DNA from: Cirrosporium novae-zelandiae | Taxonomy: Eukaryota | Direction of reading: 5' to 3' | DNA: 64,000 nt | Assembly (NCBI GenBank): GCA_026023565.1 | Contig: JAPETS010000036.1 | Location: forward strand, 124,001 to 188,000 | Shown: piece after piece, positions 13,273 through 24,751 of the stretch | Position numbering within the stretch: position 1 is the stretch's first letter | Layout: the number at the start of each line of letters is the position of its first letter | Notes under the pieces: generated by a model | Seen by the model: only the letters and a program-made list of their open reading frames with translations | What the model was told of the DNA's origin: nothing | Databases searched by the model: none | Program-made: the position numbers and the translations under genes

Positions 13273-14898
13273 TCAATTATAATAGCAAAACGTACTGAAG
13301 CATTCTGTACATGTACTCGGTAAATCCTCACCCGTTTTCTTCATAAGCGCGCACCCCAAACAAATTGGCCACGTGCTATTCCCATTCATAGTCACGACCG
13401 CATTTCCATTCTCAATCATGGCTGTCGTTTCTGCTTTGGTATACTCGAACTTTGTGGTCGATGTTCCGCTGTCATATGTGTAGTCCACATTGGGGATATA
13501 CACAATTGTGATGACGTCCGTGTCGTTGCAGCCGAAGAACGTAGGACGCTCGTTAAGGCCTTCGGAGACGAAGACTTCGGCTGAGGGGATATATGGCATT
13601 TTTGTGAGACCGACCTCTTGTGCCCGGACGTAGGTCGTGTAGATCTCGCTTCCATTGGGATAATTTGTATCAAGGTCGGCGCTGTTGTCGTTGACGAGAA
13701 TAACGTCAAGGTCGCGATAGGGCTGGATGAGGGGCCAGATGGGGTTGTTCTGCATGGCTTCGCCACCATCAACGAGATAGAGAACCGGGTCGTCTATGAC
13801 GTCCGTAGAGACGCTGTATTTGTAAAAGGGATTGCGGTAAATTCCAAATTCATCATGGTATACAACTTCGTGTACTCTATCTATGATTGAAGTGATGATG
13901 CCTATAAGAGAGGTGTTGGAGCCTTCTGGGACACTGCTGCAGTAGTCGTTGAATAGATTGCTGGATGTGCCGAGGAGGAAGCCTAGGTTGTCGAAATTGA
14001 GCACGCAAGAGTCTGTGATGGGGCTTCCATTGTCCAGGGACGTTCCAAGATATGCCATGTCGACAAAAGCGGCGACGCCATCATCCCAGCTGCCAAAATC
14101 ATAGGGTGTGAATTCATATTGGGTTCCCGCGGAGCCAGGGAGACAATCTCCGTCGGCAAGTTGGACGCCAAGACTGACCATTATTGGAAAGGGGACAGCG
14201 TAGCTTGTGAAATTGGAGTAATCGCGAATCCCGGAGAGAGTTATGGATGCGCCGCCATCATCGCCGTTGAGGAGTTGATAAGATAACAATCTTCCCCATG
14301 GGTCAGTTAATGTAGGATCAAACCCGGCTGCATCTTTCGCTTCAATATCTTCTATGATATCTACGTATGCTGCAGCGCTAAGAAGGGAGTCTGGTAGGAG
14401 AAGGCTGTCGAGAAGCGCATCCAGCCACAGATCGTTCAACAAAGTGGTGATGGTTGGATAATTATTTCCTGCCAAGGAAGAGAGAAGCCACGATCCTCCA
14501 GATAAGCCTGTGTGATATGTAAGACCTTGGAAAATTCCAGCAACTCCCGAAGTACTGTCTCTTGAATCCAGAGCTTGTATAACACCACCTCCTGTCAACA
14601 TAGCACGGTATCCGCCTCCACTGGAGGAGAGTCCAACTTTCGGCAGACTGGAGGTCCCGAATCCAGAGTCTGTGCTCTCCAGCCAAGAGCTGAGTGCAGC
14701 ATCAGCAACGGATTTTCGACTGCTAATAAACGAAGTTTCAGAAGAAGAGAGGCCGGTAGCCTGCCGGACCATGGAAGAAGTAGGACATGTTGCACCCGTT
14801 ACTGGAGCATAAGCATTAGTTGCACGGGGAACTACTCGAGCGAATATCAAAGTCAGCGAATTGCTGAGAAGCAAGAAGGTAAAGAATGTAGGCAACAT
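13273..14898 (-). CDS. Secreted lysophospholipase / phospholipase B (PLA2c domain)
   Basis: N-terminal signal peptide, SGGGYRAM, nucleophile GLSGG, LVDGGE and Cys-rich end (CLGCA...CTECFSTFCY). Single 541-aa ORF. Confidence 0.95.
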   Translation of the reverse strand: MLPTFFTFLLLSNSLTLIFARVVPRATNAYAPVTGATCPTSSMVRQATGLSSSETSFISSRKSVADAALSSWLESTDSGFGTSSLPKVGLSSSGGGYRAMLTGGGVIQALDSRDSTSGVAGIFQGLTYHTGLSGGSWLLSSLAGNNYPTITTLLNDLWLDALLDSLLLPDSLLSAAAYVDIIEDIEAKDAAGFDPTLTDPWGRLLSYQLLNGDDGGASITLSGIRDYSNFTSYAVPFPIMVSLGVQLADGDCLPGSAGTQYEFTPYDFGSWDDGVAAFVDMAYLGTSLDNGSPITDSCVLNFDNLGFLLGTSSNLFNDYCSSVPEGSNTSLIGIITSIIDRVHEVVYHDEFGIYRNPFYKYSVSTDVIDDPVLYLVDGGEAMQNNPIWPLIQPYRDLDVILVNDNSADLDTNYPNGSEIYTTYVRAQEVGLTKMPYIPSAEVFVSEGLNERPTFFGCNDTDVITIVYIPNVDYTYDSGTSTTKFEYTKAETTAMIENGNAVVTMNGNSTWPICLGCALMKKTGEDLPSTCTECFSTFCYYN

Positions 14899-15177
14899 AA
14901 TAATGAGCGACAGACCAATTGTTAAGGTTCAGAGTTTCAAACTCTTAGGAGGGGAACTGGAATATATCCAAGACTTTATAATAAAGACCCGCATGGGGAA
15001 GGTCTCATCCCAAACCACCCACATTGTATACTTTTCTTGTATCGTTGCCGGTAATTGGATGGTTTCAAGAGCTACATACAAGTAGTAATTAATATGTAGA
15101 TGATTGCAGAAGGGTTGGTAATTTTGGTAAAGCTTTGAGTTCAACGGGCGACCCACCAGCGTAAAGGAGTAGGATGC

Positions 15178-15219
15178 ACGGTACAGACGGTACAGACGGT
15201 ACAGACGGTACGGACGGTA
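15178..15219. repeat. 9-nt tandem repeat (ACGGTACAG), ~4.5 copies
   Basis: acggtacag x3, acggtacgg, acggta. Confidence 0.85.
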
Positions 15220-16804
15220 TCATATCTTTACCTTTTTTGCTGTCGAGCATATCCCGGTTTAGGGAGATCAATCGACAAGATAATATGTCCGGAGGAAGTG
15301 CGCGTCCAATTGCTAGTACTTATTAGTACTGCCACCCTGAAAAAGAACTGACTTGAAACATGAATCAGGTACCATCGTAAATCCTTCAAACTGATTTATC
15401 AAGATAAAAAGAAAGGAACATGAATATACCCGATGAGCTCATTTTGAAAGCTGACGAATATCTTTCTCGTTGTATATAAAAGAACCACAGCTTTCTTCCC
15501 CACTCGTTGGTTAAGGCAGTAGTTAGTAGACTATCTCTAGATACTTATGTATAATTACCCATTCTCTCTTTGTGCCTTTTTATGAATAATAAGCGAATTA
15601 CCGGATGTTCATTTCTCCAAATGTTTCCTGTCCCGACCATTTCCATTTATTGAAATGCTTAATGCTACAATATTCTTCTTCAGCTACAATACGATCACAG
15701 ATAACAACCATGTGGTCCAATAAACGGATGTTATTCTTCCACGGGGTGGTGGTCATGTTGTACTATTGATACTATCGATACTATCGATAACACACTTCAA
15801 AGAATTAGATATTCTCTTACATTTGAAATCTGAATCTATTCATGAGTGTAGAGCATGGACGTCGGGACTCGTAAGTAGAGTAAATATCTACCGAATACTA
15901 TTTTCGTCGTGAGAGAGACCAAGGGACGAATCAGGTATTATGCCTTTGCAGGGAGGGCAAGTAATTAGTACAGTAGCACGTGAGTAGTAAATCAAACATT
16001 ATGTGTTTCGTGAATGCCTCAGGCTACTAGCATCATCAACATCTCACTCCACACCTTTACAAGTTCAATGTAATAAATCATTTTCTAAACCTGTTGGTAC
16101 AGTAAGTACTGGCTATATCTATCTATACTTCGCTCCCATCTCTCTCCCTAATAAGTAAAAAAAAAGAAAAAAGTAAAGCGGACCTCCACCTCCACCTCCA
16201 TGCCAAGTAGCAGGCCTCCGCATCGGACCGACCCATTTTCTGACACCCACATAACATAATATCCTAATTCCGTCCACCCCTCCCCCCAAGAAGACGAAAA
16301 AGGCAAAGACCAAAATAGGGTTTTTTCTTTCTTTCTGACGTTGAAGATTTTTATTCGTGATAAGTCGTCTTTCTTTCTTTCTGGTCAACTTCATTTTGTT
16401 TCTAGGTTTTGGACTATTAGCCATTTTTTGACCGTGTAACTATTCGAGTAAATTGTCTCTGCGGATATATGACTTCATCTTCGTGTATGTTTAATGGATG
16501 TAAGAGATGGCTGGATAGATGGGGATAAAAGTCGTAAGTCCGTTGGTTGGTTGGTTGGTTGCTGAAGGTGAAGATGGAATATAAAAGAGAAGGTATTCAA
16601 ATTGGGAATAAAATATATTTCTTTAAATCATACCATCAAGAGTTTGGATCATCTTCATTTAGCCATTCTGCTTTTCACTCCAATTCACCATCTATCTGGT
16701 TGATTAATTGACCCCTAATACATTCCATCTTCCCCGACCAAAAACGAGGAATCTCCAAAGAACCTCCAAAGAATCTCCCCCAGTCCACCCCCAAAACTAC
16801 TAAG

Positions 16805-17880
16805 ATGGAATACACTCGCCTCGGGTCCTCCGGCCTCAAGATCTCCAAGGTAATCCTAGGCACCATGTCCTTTGGATCCCCCAAATGGATGGGCTGGATC
16901 CTCCCTGAAGAGAACGCTTTGCCGATCCTGAAGCATGCCTATGACAGTGGCATCAACACTTTCGATACCGCCGACGTCTACTCTCACGGTGTCTCGGAAC
17001 AAATTCTCGGAAACTTCCTTCGCAAATACGACATCCAGCGTTCCAAGGTAGTTATCATGTCGAAAGTCTGCTGCGAAGTTGTAGAGGACGAGACGCAACC
17101 TCCGCTAAATCTGACGAATGATGGGGAGGCTGTGAATCAGTGTGGGCTGAGTCGAAAGCACATCCTAGATGCAGCGGAAGCAAGCGTGAAGCGATTAGGA
17201 ACATATATCGATGTGTTCCAGATACATAGGTTAGATAGAGATGTGCCCATGAAAGAGATTATGGGAACCCTAAACGAGGTTATCGAGAAAGGATGGGTAA
17301 GATACATTGGAGCAAGTTCGGTGAGTTCACAACACCCCGCATAAAAATCAATAGTATTAATACGAAAAATCAGATGGCTGCTTGGGAATTCCAGATGCTC
17401 CAAAATGTTGCCAAGGAACATGGATGGCACCAATTCATTAGCATGCAAAACTACCACAACCTCCTCTACCGCGAAGAAGAACGCGAAATGCTCCCCTATT
17501 GCAAGGCGACAGGCGTTGGCATTATCCCCTGGTCTCCCTTAGCCCGAGGTGCTCTTGCCCGGCCCTGGTCCAAGACTCATGATTCCGCCCGGGACTCTTC
17601 GGATGTCTGGATGGAGGCAATTGTGCGTGCGGGGCAGGGCAATCCAGATAAGACAGTTGTGGATCGGGTGGAGGAGTTGGCAGAAAAGAAGGGCGTGAAG
17701 ATGGCACAAGTGGCGGTGGCGTGGAGTTTGAAGAAGGAGGTCAACCCGATTTTGGGGTTGATGAGTGCAGAAAGAATCGATGAGGCAGTTGGAGCGCTCA
17801 AGGTCGAGCTGACAGAAAGGGAGATGAAATACTTGGAGGAACCGTATATACCTAAACTCATACAGGCTGTCGCTTATTAA
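16805..17880 (+). CDS. Aldo-keto reductase (aryl-alcohol dehydrogenase-like)
   Basis: MEYTRLGSSGLKISKVILG, FDTADVYS, RLGTYIDVFQIHR, RYIGASS|M, SMQNYHNL, IPWSPLARG. Intron 17321-17373. Confidence 0.95.
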
Positions 17881-18406
17881 GTAGATATAGACTTGTGATG
17901 GTTTTGTACCCTGAAATTAGCAGCCCTTTATTGTCTGGTATCTGATCGAGATAACGAAACAGAAAACAAGAATTTTCTATCCTCCGTGTAACAAAGATAT
18001 CTTGGCGGCGCTGAGATCTCCGATTATTGAACCGTGTACCTGGCACTGCATTGAAACAGCAAACTGGCCTAGGATGGCAAGATCCCGACGACGAATTGCC
18101 GGCGTCGAGGTCAAACAATAGTCAATCAGGTGCGGAGTACGTCGTACAGGTGCAACCACATGCAGTTATTTTATAACCGGATCCACCCTTTGGCTTGGTT
18201 AAGCATCTCTTCATGCGTGCCTAACTTGCATATTCCAACTAGAATGCCCTCCAGATTCGGCACACCCTTCTGCACTCATGCATATGTCTATCAGCTATTA
18301 GCCGTACCCTTTAATGTTATTTCTCGACGGGCCTTCCCAATTTTTTCATTTCCCAGCATCTGCTATTTTGGAAGATAATTTTACTATTTCAGTCCATCCG
18401 TCCAAA

Positions 18407-20447
18407 ATGTCCAATTTTATGCCAGCTTCGAATGAAAAGAATTCAGTACCTCATAATGTCCAATTAGCCGAAGATGCATTCATCGGAGACCCAGTTGATG
18501 CGGATAAAGCGGGAACAATAGATGATCAACGAGATATGGAACGAGTTGGGAAGAAACAGCACTTCAGGGTAGGCGTCCGAATTAAAGCGACTTGGTAATA
18601 TGTATCTCCCTTGCTAATGTGAAAAGCGAAATTTTCGATTCCTCTCTATCCTCGGGTTTATCCTCAGCCTGACGAGCGTTTGGGAGGCTGTTCTTCTGTG
18701 AGTGAACTAAGTGAATTTCAAGCAGTCATGGCTATTTAGACAAGGGCCGAGGCATGAATTGAAAATTTTAGTAGAAACATCATGTCAAGGGAGTATCCAA
18801 ACAAAATCGATAAAGGCTTAATAGAGCTTATCCAATTCACATGGTGGATAGGACAATTGTTATATTGCTAATGCCGTGACAGGGTGTGTAATTACGGTCT
18901 CATTAACGGAGGGATTGCTGGAATGTTTTGGACGCAGCTAGCCGTTGGTTTAGGATTTGTGATGGTAATTCTCTCGTTGGCAGAAATGTCATCAATGTGG
19001 GCTCTATCTAGATAGGATCTGATCCATATATTAATACCTATTAACGTTATCAGGGCACCAACATCGTCGGGCCAGCCTCATTGGGTTTCAGAGTTTGCTC
19101 CAAGACAGTACCAGAGATTCCTCAGTTATATTATCGGTACCTTTCAAATATTCTAATGCAGTGACAACGAGCTAACACATTCCAGGTTGGCTTTGCGTTA
19201 TGGGATGGCAAACAGGCGCCGCCATTAATTCCTATCTTGTTACCGCGCTCGTCCAAGGGTTGATAATTCTCCACAATCCGGAGTATATTCCTGAAGGATG
19301 GCATGGAACTTTGATGATCATCGCGACCGCCTTCATGGGAATATTTATTAACACGTTTCTGGTTAAGAAGCTCCCGCTTATTGAGATGACCGCCTTCATT
19401 GTACATATTGTGGGATTCTTTATCGTTGTAATTCCAATGTGGGTCATGGCCCCCCATAATTCGGCAGCCAAGGTCTTTACAAAATTCGAAGATAACGGGA
19501 ACTGGGGAAACATGGGTCTCGCGTGCTTGGTCGGTATGACCGGTGCAATATTCGGCTTGATAGGACCAGACTCTGCCGTCCACATGGGTATGTCATGTAG
19601 AAAACTCGGGGTTCACTACTGTGTACTAACACCAATAACAGCTGAGGAAATTAAAGATGCGTCTCGGATAGTCCCTCTCGCAATGATATACGCCGCCATA
19701 TTCAACAGTATTCTTGGTTTACTTATGGTCGTAACCATTGGTTTCACGATAGGAGATATCCCATCAGTCTTAGCCACCAAAACAGACTCTCCGATGATTC
19801 AGATTTTCTTCGACTCGACCAAGTCTTATTGGGCCACGGCCGTAATGACTAGTATCGTTATTTTTATGATGTTTTCAAGTCTTATCAATAGTATTGCATC
19901 CTCTTCACGTCAGATGTTTGCTTTTGCTAGGGATAAGGGGCTCCCAATGTCATCCTGGTTAAGCTATGTAAGGCCTGCTCCTGGTAAATCTGATTAAGGC
20001 TTACCTTGACAGGTCCACCCGGAACGGGATATTCCTCTTAACTCAATCATGGTAACATTTTCTATAACGATATTGCTAAGTTTTGTCAACATCGGTTCAA
20101 CAGTAGCTTTCAACGCTATCGCATCCCTTGGAGTCGGGGCTCTTTTATCTTCCTACATTATATCAATCGCCTGCATTCGACTTAAACGGTGGAGAAAGGA
20201 ACCATTCCCGCCAGCACGATGGAGCATGGGTAGATGGGGAAGTGCAATCAACACAATGGCAATTTTCTTCCTATTAATGGTATTCATTTTCGCTTTCTTC
20301 CCCATTAAAGCACCGGGTACGACACCTTCGACGATTAATTGGGCAATAGTCATATATGGATTGGTGATTTCATTTGCCATTTCGTACTTTCACATTTGGG
20401 GGAAACATGTTTACCGTGGACCTGTTGTTGATGTCAAGAGTCTGTAG
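18407..20447 (+). CDS. APC-superfamily amino acid permease (GABA/choline type)
   Basis: DQRDMERVGKKQHFR|RNF, SLAEMSS|APTSSG..HWVSEFAP, GPDSAVHM|AEEIKDAS, SRQMFAFARDKGLP, STVAFNAI and multiple hydrophobic helices. About 6-7 introns. Confidence 0.92.
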
Positions 20448-21491
20448 TCACAATGTCGGAAGGCGTTGGTACTAGTGGAGAGTGAGATGAATATGATTTG
20501 ATGTGAGGAAGATACTATCATAGCTAGAATGGAAGAGTGGTGGGGAAGATAAGTTGCTCTCTAGTTTAATCTCCGTAGTATTTGTCCATCCAGGACATAT
20601 TAAACAATGACACGGAATTGGAAATGACACGTCGGGATGGATGTGATGGGTTATAATTAGGTTCAAAGGATCGCGGGCTTCAAGATCTGACGTAAGTCGG
20701 CAACAAAATCTCTTGGATTTCAGCCCTACTAAGGTCAAGCTACCTGACTCAACACAAGTAGCATCTAGACTCTTCAAGGATTCGATGATGGTCTCGAAAT
20801 AAATAGCCTGTCAACTGCCTAGGTACATATGTGAAATGAACGACTGCGGTGCGTCTATTTCACCCCAAGTTTAATATCAAACGATAACACAGCAAAGAAT
20901 ATATTTTCCAAAGTCGATATGAAATCAAGTACGCGTAGGCCAGCTCCATCTAGCCGTTGCATAAGGGAAGGAAATGCGACTATAATACTAACGTATGATA
21001 CCAAATACCACGTGATATTCACATACTCAAGTAGATAGTTGTAATCAAACAACAATGCAGCATGAATTTGTCATCCAAAAGAAGACTCATCGAAAAGGCA
21101 ACCATTGTGTCTGTACCTGTACCTGTATTTTGACCAGAGCCAGTGGAGTGGAAAGACAAGCCACAGAAAGTAAGGAGCAATATCTCTCCGACAAGTGAGG
21201 AGCGGGTGGAAAGAAGTTGTTTCTTTGAAAGCTTTGAGTCGAGATAAGGTTGTTTCCTTTTCTTTAGGCCTCTCCCAGTCTTCAATCATTTCCCGGATTG
21301 GGTAACAATGTGCGATAGGCTGAAGGCTATCATTGAAGGATCACTCATCTAAGAATTTAGAAAGGCAAAGGAGGGTGAGATTAACAACAAGATTTATGAC
21401 TTTAGTCAGCCATGGTGCATTAAATACCTAAGGACTTTGCATAACTTCCTAACTCCGATTGCCCGATTAGGTCCATGTGCTTTAGTTGCTT

Positions 21492-21942
21492 ACGGAACTT
21501 CCCTAACAACCTTCTCTCTACCTGAGAATATCAAGAATATCTCAATCTTTTTCATCCTTCAACGGAACTTCCCTTTTCTATGGCATTGGAACCATGTCCT
21601 TAACCTTCTGCCAACGAAGCTTACTAAATAATCTATCGTCGACACCTTCATCTATCCTATGATGGACGTCTAAACTCCCCCTCAATGTCCCACTATCTCA
21701 TTTTTTTAGAGGGCTGAATAATGATTGGAAGTACGTCATGTTGACTTCCTTTTTACCTCTCCAAACGGCCGTAGTGTATGTCTTGTCTGCTACACAGCGG
21801 ATCAGTATCATGCCCGATTATGTGAACGTCTTTCGCTTTGTTATTCAACTTCTCTTTGTTTCTTCGTTCGCCCAGTGTATCTTTACGGAGCTAACATTTC
21901 AAATAACTAATGGCGATTATCAATCTCCGAGAGCCTGAGTCA
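21492..21942 (+). promoter_or_regulatory. Candidate drug/oxidative-stress elements upstream of the MFS transporter: direct repeat ACGGAACTTCCCT (21492, 21562), Yap1-type TTACTAA (21621), AP-1-type TGAGTCA (21936)
   Basis: Motifs read directly, 180-630 nt upstream of the ATG at 22119. Confidence 0.45.
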
Positions 21943-22118
21943 GAGCTCTTGCTCCTCATGTACTCTATATTAGAAGCTATCTTGCTGCTTTCCCTTTCTG
22001 TTTTATTTCAGATTCTTTATTATCAACCTTCCAGGCTTCCAAGTCCCTACATTTCTCAAGTCTCCAGGAAAGCCCTTGATTTGAGTTTTGCATACTATTA
22101 TTCCCCTCATATATTCTA

Positions 22119-23952
22119 ATGGCCGATATCTTGAGAGAAGCCCCCTTGGGGCAAATTATCTACTACCTCTCTAAGGGGAAATACTTTGCATATCCGGAAG
22201 AAGGAGATGGATTCGAATGTCCTAAAGCCTATGCGGATCCTGATGATCTAAATACCGCCGACGATGTCGAGAAACCACCCACCAGCCCTGGCCCTACTCA
22301 TGATCCCGAGAAGGCGGAGCTAGCAGTAGCAGATGATCTCTCTCGACTACCTACAGCCCCAGATGTCGAACACGTTGCCGAGGGAGAAATGGCTCGAGTT
22401 AGAACACTACCATTCACCGAAGCCAGACTTCAGATGGACAAGTCTTTGTCGATTGAAAGAACCCATAGCAGATCGATTCTTCCGCAGAAGACTTCTGACG
22501 GAGTGATACTGGTCGATTGGTATACAACGGACGATCCAGCAAACCCTCAAAACTGGAGTACACTCAAAAAAGGGTTTGTTGCGTTTCAGATATGGTACGT
22601 AATTACAGTCTATTGAATGAGCAGGACCTAACACTTTTCCTAGTATCTACACGTTTGCTGTTTATTGTTCTTCTGCGATATATACATCTAGTGAACCTGG
22701 CATCATGGCACGCTTTAATGTTGATGAAACCGAGGCAGCCCTAGGTTTGGCTCTCTACGTTCTCGGCTACGGTATTGGACCACTATTTTTCTCGCCCATG
22801 AGTGAAGTGCCGCGATTTGGCAGAAACATTCCATACGTCACTTCTTTTACCCTCTTCGTCATCATGGCTGTCCCCACCGCCTTGGTCGACAACTACCCAG
22901 GTCTCATGGTCTTGCGATTCATCCAAGGTTTCCTGGGCAGTTCCTGTCTCGCGACCGGCGGCGCATCGATGCAAGACATGTTCAACCTGATCAAACTTCC
23001 CTACCTCATGGCAGCCTGGGTGTCATTTGCCTACTGCGGCCCAGCCCTGGGCCCCCTGATCTCAGGATTCGCTGTGGTGGCAGAAAACTGGCGCTGGTCT
23101 CTCTGGGAAATCCTCTGGATGTCCTCCCCGGTCTTGGTCCTCTTCTACATTTGTCTCCCTGAAACTTCCTCCCCCAACATTCTCCTGCGGCGCGCAGAAC
23201 GGCTCCGCAAGAAAACGGGAAACAAAAACTTAAAATCGCAATCGGAAATCGACCAGGGCAACATGAAGCTCAGCGCAGTGCTCTGGAATGCCATCATCAA
23301 ACCCCTCGAAATAACAATCAAGGACCCCGCGGTGGCTTTCACAAACCTCTACACAGCGCTCACATACGGAATCTACTATTCCTTCTTCGAAGTCTTCCCG
23401 CTGGTCTACCCGGTCTACTATGGCTTCAACCTCGGCGAAATGGGCCTAGCATTCCTCTGCATCCTAGTCAGCTGCATCATCGCCCTCTCCTCGTACATTG
23501 CCTACCTCTACTACTACATCGAACCGGACATCATGAAGAATGGGCTCCGCGTGCAGGAGCACCGTCTCGTCCCAGCGCTCTTCACCGTCTTCGGCCCCAC
23601 AATCGGCCTGTTCATCTTCGGCTGGACCGCCCGCCCTAGCATCCACTGGATCGTCTCCCTCATCGGAATCACCATCTACGGTGCCTCCGTCTTCATCATC
23701 ATGCAGTGCCTATTCATCTACCTACCACTCTCGTACCCGCAGTACGCCGCCTCCCTCTTCGCGGGCAACGATTTCTTCCGTAGCGCCCTCGCGTTTGCTG
23801 CCGTGCTGTTCGCTAGGCCCATGTATGTCAATATGGGTGTCGCCGAGGGCGTAAGCTTGCTTGGTGGCTTGAGCGTGATTGGGATTATCGGAATGTATAT
23901 TTTGTACTTTTTTGGTGCAAAATTGAGGGCGAAGTCGAGGTTTGCTATTTAA
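22119..23952 (+). CDS. MFS DHA1 multidrug transporter (Flr1/Mdr1/Caf5-like)
   Basis: LVDWYTTDDPANPQNWS, GYGIGPLFFSPMSE, LRFIQGFLGS, WRWSLW, LPETS, YAASLFAGNDFFRS. One intron at ~22596-22643. Confidence 0.95.
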
Positions 23953-24751
23953 AGTAACGACATGTGCATGTGCATGCGTGTGTGCTTGTTTGAAGGATGA
24001 TGACATTGGAAAACGGATGTTGCCAGATATAATGTGATAGAGCGGTGGAGTTCAGGTTCAGATTCATATTCATGTTCATGCCATAATACATAATGATATA
24101 CATAATGACAATAGGGCATGAAACGACTTAACCAAGCGACTTAAAAAGACAAAGTACGAGAAAACGAATCTGAAGGAATCGAGAAATACTATTTAATTAT
24201 AGAAACATAATGACTACTGTTTTGGGGAGAATTTTTTTTGAATTTGGACTTGGACTTGGATAATAATTCGGAGGCTTGCAAGTAGTTATTACATGTTAGT
24301 TACTTATATCATATATCTATCTAATCTATCCATCCAGAAATGTAAGCATTCAAATTCCTTCATTTGGATAGAGCTTGCCCTTCTAACAGATAGGATTATT
24401 ATTATTATTATTATTATTATTACAAGTAGTTTTAAGCTAATTAATGTAAATATAAATCAAGAAAAGCAAAAGGGAGGTGGGTATAATAATTTCCCAAGCA
24501 TCGCACAAATACCAGAGTTCCTCCTCTTCTATTTTCACATGGGTGGACTCCCTCCACTGGTGATTAAATGGGGACCCATGGAGGCGCCATTGTCGTTGGG
24601 GTTTGGTTATTGCTTTTTTGGCGGGTTTGATTGTTTGTTTGCTGATTTTTGAAGTTGGCTTGGAGCTTGGGTGAGGATGAGGATGAGGATGCTGATCAGG
24701 TTGGGGGAGGTTAGTGGTCGTCGTCGTTGTCAGTGGTGGCATGAGACGTAG

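Noticed and set aside
20470..21300. Short minus-strand ORFs between the permease and MFS genes
   Set aside because: No recognisable motif or coherent splice model; a decayed gene cannot be supported without a database search.
11572..23952. SDR, PLB, AKR, permease and MFS run as a possible secondary-metabolite cluster
   Set aside because: No PKS, NRPS, terpene synthase or cluster transcription factor, and no shared promoter motif seen.
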